In this document: positions 1-7,823 of the stretch, piece by piece
Position numbering within the stretch: the stretch's first letter is position 1
Layout: the number at the start of each line of letters is the position of its first letter
Source of the DNA: Candidatus Electronema halotolerans
Lineage (GTDB): Bacteria; Desulfobacterota; Desulfobulbia; Desulfobulbales; Desulfobulbaceae
DNA: 32,000 nucleotides
Reading direction: 5' to 3'
NCBI GenBank assembly: GCA_942493095.1
Contig: OW818675.1
Span: 450,001-482,000 of the forward strand
Program-made: the position numbers and the translations under genes
Notes under the pieces: generated by a model
Seen by the model: only the letters and a program-made list of their open reading frames with translations
What the model was told of the DNA's origin: nothing
Databases searched by the model: none

Positions 1-1107
1 CTGCCGCTCTTCTTCTGGGCCTGCCTCTGGTGGTTCTGCGCGGGCTTCAATGAGATTGACCGCCACGTGGACTTCCACGTTGTCAGGACGGCCAACCTTG
101 TCTTCACCGCCCTGAGCTGCGCAGTTCTCATCCGGCTGGCGGCACGGTTGCACTGGAAGAGCGCAGCTTGGCCGAGTCTGGCCCTGCCCGTGTTCATGGC
201 ATTCATGGCCCTTGCCATGCTCTTCTGGAGCGGACGGCTGCTGACCAACTTAGGCTGGCTGGCCTGGCCGCTGGTATTCGTGCTTCTCCATGACTGCCTG
301 CGGCAGGGACGCGGTCTGCTCCGGCCACACTGCCTGACCATCAACCACGTCATCGGCTTCCTCCTCCTGACCTTCATGCTGGCCTCAGAAAGCGGCTGGC
401 TGATGCGGCAGCTGGCTGGCCACAAAGGGGTGTGGAACTTGATTGTCTGGGGCCTGATCCCGGCTGGCATGATTTTGCTGGTTCACAGCCGCCGCCTGCA
501 AGACTTCTGGCCGCTGTCAGACTATCCTGCTGCTTATCAAAAAACCGCCTCAGCCATTCTCTCCGCCCAGCTCTGCCTCTGGCTGCTGGCAGGCAGCTTT
601 GGCAGCGCAGGCAATGCCGCGCCATTGCCCTACATTCCCCTGCTCAATCCGCTCGAACTGAGCCAGATGGCAGTAGTCCTCGTGTGTGGCTGGTGGCTGC
701 TCCGTCACCGTGATTATGCCGCCTTGCTGCCTAAGCCGCTGCCAATCGCCGCAGGCATCAGCTTCATCTGGCTCAACACAGTCTTGGCCCGCACTGTCCA
801 TCATTGGGCCGGAGTCTCCTTCCGTCTGGAGCCGATGCTCTCCTCCCGCATCTACCAGACTTCGCTGGCCATCCTCTGGGCTTTGCTCTCGCTGGCCCTG
901 ATGGTGGCTGCCGACCGCAGGCAAAGCCGCAAGGTCTGGTTCGCAGGCTGCGCCCTGATCGGGGCCACGGTGCTCAAGCTCTTCCTGATTGATCTGGCCA
1001 AGAGCGGCACCGTCGAGCGGATCGTCTCCTTCATCTCAGTCGGCCTTTTGGTGATTGTGATTAGCTGGTTCTCGCCCCTGCCGCCCAAAAAGGAGGAAGC
1101 TGAATGA
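1..1107 (+). CDS. DUF2339-like polytopic membrane protein, 3' part (gene starts before the window)
   Basis: Frame is open from base 1 through the listed ORF (67..1107). Many Leu/Ala/Trp-rich TM segments. Followed with ATGA-type overlap by a DUF3999-like gene, a usual partner. Confidence 0.7.
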   Translation: MPLFFWACLWWFCAGFNEIDRHVDFHVVRTANLVFTALSCAVLIRLAARLHWKSAAWPSLALPVFMAFMALAMLFWSGRLLTNLGWLAWPLVFVLLHDCLRQGRGLLRPHCLTINHVIGFLLLTFMLASESGWLMRQLAGHKGVWNLIVWGLIPAGMILLVHSRRLQDFWPLSDYPAAYQKTASAILSAQLCLWLLAGSFGSAGNAAPLPYIPLLNPLELSQMAVVLVCGWWLLRHRDYAALLPKPLPIAAGISFIWLNTVLARTVHHWAGVSFRLEPMLSSRIYQTSLAILWALLSLALMVAADRRQSRKVWFAGCALIGATVLKLFLIDLAKSGTVERIVSFISVGLLVIVISWFSPLPPKKEEAE

Positions 1108-2456
1108 AACGTCTGCTCGTTCTGTGCCTGCTGCTCATCGCCGCTCCCTGTCTTGCTGCTGATCAGCCCCTGCACCGCGAGGATTTTGCCTACAGCATGG
1201 ACCTGACGGTCAGCGGCAGAAGCGCGATCTACAGCCTGACCCTTCCAGCCGAAATTTACAAAGGCTGCACCCGCTCTGACCTTGGCGACCTGCGGGTCTT
1301 CAATGCGCACGGCCCAGTGCCGCATCTCCTGCGTCAGCCGCAAGCAAAGCAGACAGAGCAGCCTGCGCAGACCCTGCCGTTCTTCCCGCTTGCTGAATCG
1401 ACGAACACGGGCAGCAAGCCTGCCGACCTTGGCATTGCCATCGGCGGAAATGGCGCGATTATCACCTTTTCGACAGGAGGGGCAGAGCAAAAGGCGCACG
1501 CTGTGAGCACCTATCTGCTCGATGCGTCCGCCTTGGAGCACAGCCCGGACTGGCTCGAATTTGCTTGGACAGGCGGCCAGTTCTCAGCCTCGGTGCGGCT
1601 TGAGAGCAGTGATGATTTGAACAGCTGGCGGCGGCTGGTTTCTTCAGCAGCCTTGGCGGAACTGCGCTTTGGCGGCCATGATCTGCTGCGCCAGCGGATT
1701 GACCTTGGCCAAAGAACGGCGGGCAAATACCTGCGCCTCTCCTGGCCGCAGGGCAAGGACGGCATCCGCCTGACTGCGGTCAAAGCTGGGTATGCCAATG
1801 AAATCCAGAGCCAGCCCCGCGCTCTGCTGACCTTGCTCGGTCAGCCTGATTCGGCAGCAAAGCCGGGCCGAGCTGCTTGGCTCTATGAGACTGAAGGTGT
1901 CTTTCCGGCAGATCAGCTCAATATCCGCCTGCCGGAGCAGAATGCGCTGGCTGAGTTTGCCGTCTTTTCACGGGTGGATGAGCAGGCGGCATGGCGGCGC
2001 AGAGGCTCGCTGCTGGCATGGCGGCTGACTGTTGACGGAACCCAGTTTGACAATGAGGCTCTGCGCTTTGCCCCGGTCGCTGACCGCTTCTGGCGGCTGG
2101 AAAGCGAGGCTGGCAGCAATACGGCACCTGTGCTGGAACTGGGCTGGCTGCCCGGCCAGCTCCTCTTTCTCGCGCAGGGAGAGGGGCCATACAGCTTAGT
2201 CTATGGCAAGACCGGACTGTTGCCAGTGCGCTCACAGGTGGCCCGACTGCTCCGGGATGCCGAGCCGCTCAAGGGCAGCAAGCTGATTGAGGCTGCTCAC
2301 GCCGGGCCGGAGAAGGTGCTGGCTGGCGCGGCAGCCTTGCAGCCGCAGAGGACAATTCCTTGGCGGCTCTGGCTGCTTTGGGCCGGACTGCTGGCCGGAG
2401 TGCTGGCAGTCGCGGCAATGGCCCTCAAGCTGTGGCGGGAGATGCAGAAGCGGTGA
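1104..2456 (+). CDS. DUF3999 family protein (signal peptide plus C-terminal TM)
   Basis: N-terminus MKRLLVLCLLLIAAPCLAADQPLHREDFAYSMDL; Tyr-Ser-Leu-x-Leu-Pro pattern of DUF3999; C-terminal TM; overlaps the upstream DUF2339-like gene by 4 bp. Confidence 0.75.
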   Translation: MKRLLVLCLLLIAAPCLAADQPLHREDFAYSMDLTVSGRSAIYSLTLPAEIYKGCTRSDLGDLRVFNAHGPVPHLLRQPQAKQTEQPAQTLPFFPLAESTNTGSKPADLGIAIGGNGAIITFSTGGAEQKAHAVSTYLLDASALEHSPDWLEFAWTGGQFSASVRLESSDDLNSWRRLVSSAALAELRFGGHDLLRQRIDLGQRTAGKYLRLSWPQGKDGIRLTAVKAGYANEIQSQPRALLTLLGQPDSAAKPGRAAWLYETEGVFPADQLNIRLPEQNALAEFAVFSRVDEQAAWRRRGSLLAWRLTVDGTQFDNEALRFAPVADRFWRLESEAGSNTAPVLELGWLPGQLLFLAQGEGPYSLVYGKTGLLPVRSQVARLLRDAEPLKGSKLIEAAHAGPEKVLAGAAALQPQRTIPWRLWLLWAGLLAGVLAVAAMALKLWREMQKR

Positions 2457-2469
2457 TCTGCAAGGCTTT

Positions 2470-3303
2470 TCACAGCCCTTGCACAATTTCCAGCACAAGC
2501 TGCTGGAGACGCGGCTCGGCCCGCTGCGCAGCCGCCACAATGTCTTCCAGCAGAATCGGGGCAAGATTGTCCGGGTCATTGACATTGGCAACCACGGACA
2601 GGCCCAGCACTTGCAGGCCGCCGTGCAGCGCGGTGATCACCTCTGGCAGCGAGGACATGCCCACCGCATCTGCGCCCAGCAGGCGCAGCATCCGGGTCTC
2701 TGCCGGGGTCTCCAAACTGGGGCCGGGAATGCAGACGTAAGTGCCGGAGCAGACCTCGTCCAAGCCCAGCTTGCGGGCGGCGGCCTCAGCAAGACTGCGC
2801 AGCTCCGGGCTGTAGGGCTGGGACAAGTCAGGGAAGCGCGGCCCCCAGTCATCGACATTTGGCCCGCGCAGAGGATTGTCCGGCAGCAGGTTGAGATGGT
2901 CGCGGCAGATCATGATCGCGCCTGCCTGCCAGGCCGGATTAAGGCCGCCAGAGGCATTGGTGATGATGGCTGTCTTCACGCCGAGCAGCGACAGCACCCG
3001 CACCGGAAAGCCGACCTCGCGGGCCGAATAGCCCTCGTAATAATGGAAGCGTCCTTGCAGCACGGCAACTGGCTTGCCTGCCAAGCTGCCGCAGAGCAAG
3101 TTCCCGGCATGGCTGGTGACAGTGGAGCGGGGAAAATGCGGTATCTCCTCGTAAGGAATGCTGATGCTGCCGCGCATGGCCTTGGCAAGGCCGCCAAGGC
3201 CGGTGCCGAGTTGGATCAGAATTTGCGGCAGCACAGGCAGCCGGGCACGGAGAAAGGCGGCAGACTCCTCGGCCTGCTCCTTGTGCAGATTGATGGCAAG
3301 CAT
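2470..3303 (-). CDS. punA: Purine nucleoside phosphorylase
   Basis: Protein contains LGTGLGGLA, GRFHYYEGYSAREVGFPVRVL, ITNASGGLNP, DHLNLLPDNPLRGPN, GTYVCIPGPSLETPAETRML and GADAVGMSSLPEV, all PNP-family motifs. Confidence 0.9.
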   Translation of the reverse strand: MLAINLHKEQAEESAAFLRARLPVLPQILIQLGTGLGGLAKAMRGSISIPYEEIPHFPRSTVTSHAGNLLCGSLAGKPVAVLQGRFHYYEGYSAREVGFPVRVLSLLGVKTAIITNASGGLNPAWQAGAIMICRDHLNLLPDNPLRGPNVDDWGPRFPDLSQPYSPELRSLAEAAARKLGLDEVCSGTYVCIPGPSLETPAETRMLRLLGADAVGMSSLPEVITALHGGLQVLGLSVVANVNDPDNLAPILLEDIVAAAQRAEPRLQQLVLEIVQGL

Positions 3304-3522
3304 GATGGGCTGGTTGTTTCAGTTTATCTCGAAATACACCAAAATGGTGTCATACTGCGCCGGTGGAAATTCATTGGCATTTTTTTGAGAGGCAGCCGCT
3401 GGTCATCATAGCCGTGTTTTGCAACAATTTCAACATATTTTCAACAACCGCCCAAGTCCCGGAGAGCATGGCGGACGACAGCGGCTCACTTGCGGAACAT
3501 GCCACACTGTAGCAAATCGTCC

Positions 3523-3551
3523 TTGACCGCCACGATGCCTTGTGGTATAGC
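3523..3551 (+). promoter_or_regulatory. Candidate sigma-70 promoter for sqr
   Basis: TTGACC (3523-3528), 17-nt spacer, TATAGC (3546-3551), upstream of the sqr start. Confidence 0.4.
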
Positions 3552-3635
3552 ATATTCGTGACAGCATAAAAATATCGCAACGGTGTGCAGCCGCAGAATG
3601 ACATTGCCCATTCCTGCGGATGACAGGCGCAATTG

Positions 3636-3660
3636 AGCCGGACAGATTCTCTGGCCGGCT
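3636..3660 (+). promoter_or_regulatory. Stable hairpin in the sqr leader
   Basis: AGCCGG-a-CAGA-ttc-TCTG-g-CCGGCT: 10 paired positions around one mismatch, 3-nt loop, about 30 nt upstream of the likely start codon. Confidence 0.45.
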
Positions 3661-3689
3661 ATGACAGAACGTTCAAAGGGAGATGCAAG

Positions 3690-4919
3690 ATGAAAAAGCT
3701 GGTAATTCTTGGAGCAGGCTGTGCAGGAACAATGGTTGCAAACAACCTGCGCAAGAAGCTGTCCCGCGATGAGTGGTCGATTACAATCATTGATAAAGAT
3801 GACAGACATATTTATCAGCCCGGCCTGATCTTCATCCCTTTCGGCATGTACAAGCCTGAAGAGATCGTCCGTACCCGCAGCGAGTTTATCGGCAAGGGAA
3901 TCAACTTTGTTGTCGATGAGATTGTCGGGGTTGACACTGCCACCCAGACCGTGGAGACCACAGCGGGCAAATATGAATACGACAAGATCATCGTCTGCAC
4001 CGGCGTGAGTTTGGCCCCGGAAGAAATTCCGGGCATGATGGACGGCTGGCAGACCAAGGTCTTTGATTTTTACACCTTGGAAGGGGCGGTGAACCTGGAG
4101 AAGAAGCTGCGCTCTTTCAAAGAAGGAACGATGGTGCTGAATATTGCGGAGTTTCCCTACAAATGCCCGGTTGCGCCGCTGGAATTCGTCTATCTTGCTG
4201 ACTGGTATTTTGCCGAGCGCGGGGTTCGGGATAAAATCGACATCCATTTTGTCACCCCCATGACCGGAGCCTTTACCAAGCCCAAGGCCTCGGCCTACTT
4301 CACCAAGATGATGATCGATAAGAACATCAAGGTCACTGCGGATTTCATCCTTGCCGAGGTTGACTGCACCAATAACAAACTGATCTCCGCAGCCGGTGAT
4401 GAAATTGCGTGGGATTTGCTGGTTTCCATTCCACCCAATGTCGGAGCGCGCTATTTGGTCAATTCCAAGGTTGCTATGGATGAGATCGGTTACGTGAAAA
4501 CGAACAACCATACCTTGCAGGCGGAAGCGCACGAGAACATGTATGTGCTCGGTGACAACACCACGATCCCCACCTCCAAGGCTGGTTCAGTGGCCCATTT
4601 CTCCGCAGAAATCATGATAGAGAACTTCATGCGCGAGATCAACGGCGAGCCGGTCCGGCCTGACTACGACGGTCATTCCAACTGCTTCATCGAGACCGGT
4701 TATGGCAAGGCCTCTCTCATTGACTTCAACTACGAATACGAGCCGCTGCCCGGTAAATTCCCCCTGCCAGGACTCGGACCCTTTTCTCTTCTCGGCGACA
4801 CCAAGGCCAATCATTGGGGCAAGATGATGTTCAAATGGGTGTACTGGAACAAACTGCTGACCGGTGAGGAGCTGCCGCTTGAGGCCCAGATGTCTCTTGC
4901 GGGCAAGGTTCAGGAATAA
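3690..4919 (+). CDS. sqr: Sulfide:quinone oxidoreductase-like FAD/NAD(P)-binding oxidoreductase
   Basis: MKKLVILGAGCAGTMVANNL Rossmann motif, DKDDRHIYQPGLIFIPFG, IIVCTGV, FPYKCPVAPLEF, YVLGDNTTIPTSKAGSVAHF, and C-terminal GKASLIDFNYEYEPLPG. Start moved from 3633 to 3690 because of the upstream purine-rich AAAGGGAGA. Confidence 0.82.
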   Translation: MKKLVILGAGCAGTMVANNLRKKLSRDEWSITIIDKDDRHIYQPGLIFIPFGMYKPEEIVRTRSEFIGKGINFVVDEIVGVDTATQTVETTAGKYEYDKIIVCTGVSLAPEEIPGMMDGWQTKVFDFYTLEGAVNLEKKLRSFKEGTMVLNIAEFPYKCPVAPLEFVYLADWYFAERGVRDKIDIHFVTPMTGAFTKPKASAYFTKMMIDKNIKVTADFILAEVDCTNNKLISAAGDEIAWDLLVSIPPNVGARYLVNSKVAMDEIGYVKTNNHTLQAEAHENMYVLGDNTTIPTSKAGSVAHFSAEIMIENFMREINGEPVRPDYDGHSNCFIETGYGKASLIDFNYEYEPLPGKFPLPGLGPFSLLGDTKANHWGKMMFKWVYWNKLLTGEELPLEAQMSLAGKVQE

Positions 4920-4930
4920 GGGAGAGCATC

Positions 4931-5689
4931 ATGACCAATGAAGAAAAGATTCTCGCCCGCCTCGATGAACTCACCGAGGAAGTGCGGGAAGCTAAACGTG
5001 CTGTCAGACCCTACGTGGAGCTGAAGCAGGAGTTGGAACCCCTGATCCACTCAATGGTTCATGAGGCCACAGCACGCCTGAGTGGTCTGGATAAAAATGT
5101 GGATTTGGAAGATGTCGGGGACATGATCGGCCAGTCCCTGGCATCCAGCGGCAACATTGCCGAAGCTCTCAAAACCCTGAACAGCATTATGGAGTTTAAA
5201 AGGGATTTTGAGCCGCACGGCAAAGACATGTTTCATGAGCTGGCCCTGCGCCTGCAAACCGCTTTCCAGGGCTTTGAGGGAGAAAACCTGCAGGAGCTGC
5301 TCAGGCAGTTCATCATCAATATGGGCAATCTTGCCGAAATGATGAAGCTGCTCGGCTCCTTTATGGACATGAAGCGCGATGTTGCCGAGTTGAGCGGGCC
5401 GGTCGTCAACGACATGATTGAGCGTCTGGACAGCCTCAAGAAACGCGGCCTGTTTGATGATTTTGAACGGATGATGGCAATTGGCGAGCGGGTCAGCACC
5501 AAGATGAAGGCAATTGACCTTGACAAGGCAAAGCCAATCACCGGCATCTTTGGCATGTTGTCCGCTTTGAAACGCAAGGAGGTTCAGGAGGGGCTTGGCG
5601 TGCTGATCGAGCTGTCAACTGTGGCCGCAGCTATGAAAGAGCCGACAGCAGAGCAATCTGGCCAAGCCTGCTGCGCCAAGACGGCCTGA
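4931..5689 (+). CDS. DUF1641 domain-containing protein
   Basis: Starts 11 nt after sqr. Contains ELSGPVVNDMIERLDSLKKRGLFDDFERMMAIGERVSTKM and DLDKAKPITGIFGMLSAL, typical of DUF1641. Confidence 0.75.
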   Translation: MTNEEKILARLDELTEEVREAKRAVRPYVELKQELEPLIHSMVHEATARLSGLDKNVDLEDVGDMIGQSLASSGNIAEALKTLNSIMEFKRDFEPHGKDMFHELALRLQTAFQGFEGENLQELLRQFIINMGNLAEMMKLLGSFMDMKRDVAELSGPVVNDMIERLDSLKKRGLFDDFERMMAIGERVSTKMKAIDLDKAKPITGIFGMLSALKRKEVQEGLGVLIELSTVAAAMKEPTAEQSGQACCAKTA

Positions 5690-5704
5690 ATGCTGTTGTC
5701 TCTC

Positions 5705-5727
5705 CGGGACAGGGTTCTCCTGTCCCG
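5705..5727 (+). terminator. Hairpin terminator after the sqr-DUF1641 pair
   Basis: CGGGACAGG-gttct-CCTGTCCCG, perfect 9-bp stem, followed by TTGTTGCTCT, 15 bp after the stop codon. Confidence 0.65.
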
Positions 5728-5736
5728 TTGTTGCTC

Positions 5737-7098
5737 TCACATATAGGAATAGCCGACTGGCGAGTCGTCCTGCTTCTTGGCGATCAGGGCATTGGTGACA
5801 CTGTCAAAGAGCTGCTGCGCCCCTTGGTAGCCGAGATGGAGGATGCGCTGGCCGCCGACCCGGTCATGAATCGGGAAGCCGACCCGGATCAGCGGGATGT
5901 CCAGCTTGCGGGCCAGCGGATAGCCCTTGGAATGGCCGATGATGATATCCGGCTTCAGGACTTCGGCCTGCTCGGCGATGTCAAAGAAGTCCGCGCCCTC
6001 ATGCACGTCCGGCTGTTCAGCAAGGATGCCGTCTGTCACCTCGGCAATGGCTCCGGCCAGCTTGCCCGACGTGCCCCCGGAAGCGCAGAGCACTGGCACG
6101 ATGCCGATCTCAGCCAAGAACGCAGTCAGCCCGACCACCAAATCCTCCTCGCCATAGATGATGGTCCGCTTGCCAAACACGTACTTGTGGCCATCCACAT
6201 AAGCATCCACCAGCCTGCCCCGTTCCTTCTGGTATTTTTCCGGCATTACCTGGCCGCTCAGGTCTGAGAGCAGGGCAAAGAAACGGTCAGTCTCCTCAAT
6301 GCCAATGGGCATGCCGAGCTGATGCCGCCGCACCTTGAACTTGTTGTCCAAGGTCAGCGCCCCGCTCAGGCCGCTGCTGATGGTGCGGCTGAACTCAATG
6401 GTCGCCTGACTGCGGCCCATTGCGCTGATCGCGGCCAAGGGCGTGCCGCCAGGGGCAATCTTCTCGTAGTCGAGCTGGGCCGGGCCGTCCATAGTCTCGG
6501 ACAAATCCGGCAGCATGGTGTAGGTCAGGCCAAATTCGGCCATGATCTCGTGCAGAAGGCGGCAGTCTGCTGAGGAGACAAAGCCGGGCAGCAGGTTGAC
6601 GGTCTCGGTGCGCGGGCCGCCGCCAGCCCGCTGCGCAATCACGGCCTGCACTGCTCCGTGAAAGCCCTCGATATGAGTGCCGGAGTAGCTCGGCGAGGCG
6701 ACGTGGACAAATTCCGGCAGCCCTTCTGATCCCTCGGTGTCCTTGGCATACTCATGGAGATAGCGGGCCACGTCATCGCCGATTGTCTCGGTCAGGCAGG
6801 TGGTGGCAATGCCGATCAGAGCGGGCCGGTACTTGGCCGCCACATTGGTCAGGCCCAGCTTGAGATTGGGGCCGCCGCCGTAGATGGCGTTCTTCTCGGA
6901 CAGTGACGACGAGGCAATGTCTATTGGCTCATTGTAATGGCTGATGATGTAGCGGCGCATGTAGGTGGCGCAGCCCTGCGAGCCGTGCAGGTACGGCACT
7001 GCGCCCTCAATGCCCTTGAAGGCCAGACATGCGCCCAGCGGGCGGCAGAGCTTGCAGGCATTGGTGGTTGAGATGTAGTTGGGATGCGGCTTGCTCAT
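5737..7098 (-). CDS. nifN: Nitrogenase component 1 family protein, NifN-like (FeMo-cofactor scaffold subunit)
   Basis: NACKLCRPLGACLAFKGIEGAVPYLHGSQGCATYMRRYIISHYNEPIDIASSSLSEKNAIYGGGPNLKLGL and IGIATTCLTETIGDDV are NifN/NifK-type motifs, in NifN-like length. Start set to 7098 (MSKPHPNYIST) because AAGGAG sits 5 nt upstream; the track's start at 7125 coincides with the predicted transcription start. Confidence 0.85.
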   Translation of the reverse strand: MSKPHPNYISTTNACKLCRPLGACLAFKGIEGAVPYLHGSQGCATYMRRYIISHYNEPIDIASSSLSEKNAIYGGGPNLKLGLTNVAAKYRPALIGIATTCLTETIGDDVARYLHEYAKDTEGSEGLPEFVHVASPSYSGTHIEGFHGAVQAVIAQRAGGGPRTETVNLLPGFVSSADCRLLHEIMAEFGLTYTMLPDLSETMDGPAQLDYEKIAPGGTPLAAISAMGRSQATIEFSRTISSGLSGALTLDNKFKVRRHQLGMPIGIEETDRFFALLSDLSGQVMPEKYQKERGRLVDAYVDGHKYVFGKRTIIYGEEDLVVGLTAFLAEIGIVPVLCASGGTSGKLAGAIAEVTDGILAEQPDVHEGADFFDIAEQAEVLKPDIIIGHSKGYPLARKLDIPLIRVGFPIHDRVGGQRILHLGYQGAQQLFDSVTNALIAKKQDDSPVGYSYM

Positions 7099-7134
7099 GA
7101 TCACTCCTTGGGGATAAGTTGACAAGGCTGCCGC

Positions 7135-7150
7135 TGCAAAGGCTGTGCCA
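7135..7150 (-). promoter_or_regulatory. Sigma-54 (RpoN) promoter of nifN
   Basis: Minus strand reads TGGCAC-AGCCT-TTGCA, matching -24/-12 elements with correct 16-nt geometry; predicted start of transcription is near 7124. Confidence 0.8.
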
Positions 7151-7179
7151 CGCCAAGGCTTCCTGTTGTATCAAGGGGT

Positions 7180-7195
7180 TGTCTGCTGCCGGACA
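7180..7195 (-). promoter_or_regulatory. NifA-type upstream activator site 1 (TGT-N10-ACA)
   Basis: TGT CTGCTGCCGG ACA, centred about 62 bp upstream of the predicted transcription start. Confidence 0.6.
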
Positions 7196-7217
7196 GGAAA
7201 GCCTCAGACAACATTCC

Positions 7218-7233
7218 TGTTGCTGGTGTGACA
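7218..7233 (-). promoter_or_regulatory. NifA-type upstream activator site 2 (TGT-N10-ACA)
   Basis: TGT TGCTGGTGTG ACA, exactly 38 bp from site 1. Confidence 0.65.
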
Positions 7234-7255
7234 AAATTGCAGGCAGCGACGTTTT

Positions 7256-7271
7256 TGTCGGCAATGTGACA
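7256..7271 (-). promoter_or_regulatory. NifA-type upstream activator site 3 (TGT-N10-ACA)
   Basis: TGT CGGCAATGTG ACA, exactly 38 bp from site 2. Confidence 0.65.
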
Positions 7272-7321
7272 TGCTCCACTCATGGCGCCAGCTTGACGCG
7301 CCCTCAGCATGCTCACCGTTT

Positions 7322-7436
7322 GACCGACAGCATGGTGTCGTGTCTGTCGAATGCATGCATTCGTGCTGATCAAATGCATGGTTTCGATCCAATCAAATGC
7401 ATGCATTCGTGCCGATCAAATGCGTGGTTTCGTGTG
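7322..7436. repeat. Imperfect 23-bp tandem repeat, 5 units (also visible as a 46-bp higher-order repeat)
   Basis: Units: GACCGACAGCATGGTGTCGTGTC / TGTCGAATGCATGCATTCGTGCT / GATCAAATGCATGGTTTCGATCC / AATCAAATGCATGCATTCGTGCC / GATCAAATGCGTGGTTTCGTGTG. Confidence 0.8.
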
Positions 7437-7683
7437 AAAGGGAACAGGCTCAGATTGCGGATAAAAAAGGTGTTGCGGAAGAGATTATACTCAGGGGATT
7501 GCATCTGTGTCACCGTCACAATGACACTCCGGGGCGCCCTGGGTTATTATAACCAGCATCGCCTGTTGAGCATCCTGCCGCGCCCGTCTGCACCCAGCTT
7601 GAGCCGTCAAACTGCATCACGCTGGAATGCTGTCCAACGCCACGGTGTCAAGGTGTAAACGCGGGCACCTTACCGCAAAATTC

Positions 7684-7710
7684 TTGACAGAAGCCCCCCT
7701 GCTGTCTAAT
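7684..7710 (+). promoter_or_regulatory. Candidate sigma-70 promoter for argG
   Basis: TTGACA (7684-7689) with TCTAAT (7705-7710; 15-nt spacer) or the overlapping TAATCT at 17-nt spacing. Confidence 0.4.
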
Positions 7711-7823
7711 CTCCTCACAGAGTCCGCGCAGCCGCAATCACCTGCTTTTCGATGCCAAACCGCCGCTGATGTGCTATGCTGCGTCGAAAGCAGTTTCCAA
7801 TCTATATTTATCGATACAAGATC

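Noticed and set aside
2287-3411. 374-aa plus-strand ORF spanning the end of the DUF3999 gene and punA
   Set aside because: Antisense shadow of punA with Arg/His/Gln-rich low-complexity composition; no start-site support.
3486-4532. 348-aa minus-strand ORF opposite sqr
   Set aside because: Overlaps a well-supported gene on the other strand. The protein has no recognisable motif and reads like antisense of a high-GC CDS.
5728-6267. 179-aa plus-strand ORF opposite nifN
   Set aside because: Antisense shadow of the nifN-like CDS.
7322-7436. CRISPR array
   Set aside because: Units are directly abutting 23-mers with no variable spacers, so this is a tandem repeat rather than a CRISPR.
7101-7658. 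Several small ORFs (7101-7406 -, 7119-7658 +, 7204-7392 -) in the nifN/argG intergenic region
   Set aside because: They run through the sigma-54 promoter, activator sites and the 23-bp tandem repeat; peptides are repeat-derived (HAFD.../NACIR...) with no ribosome-binding site support.
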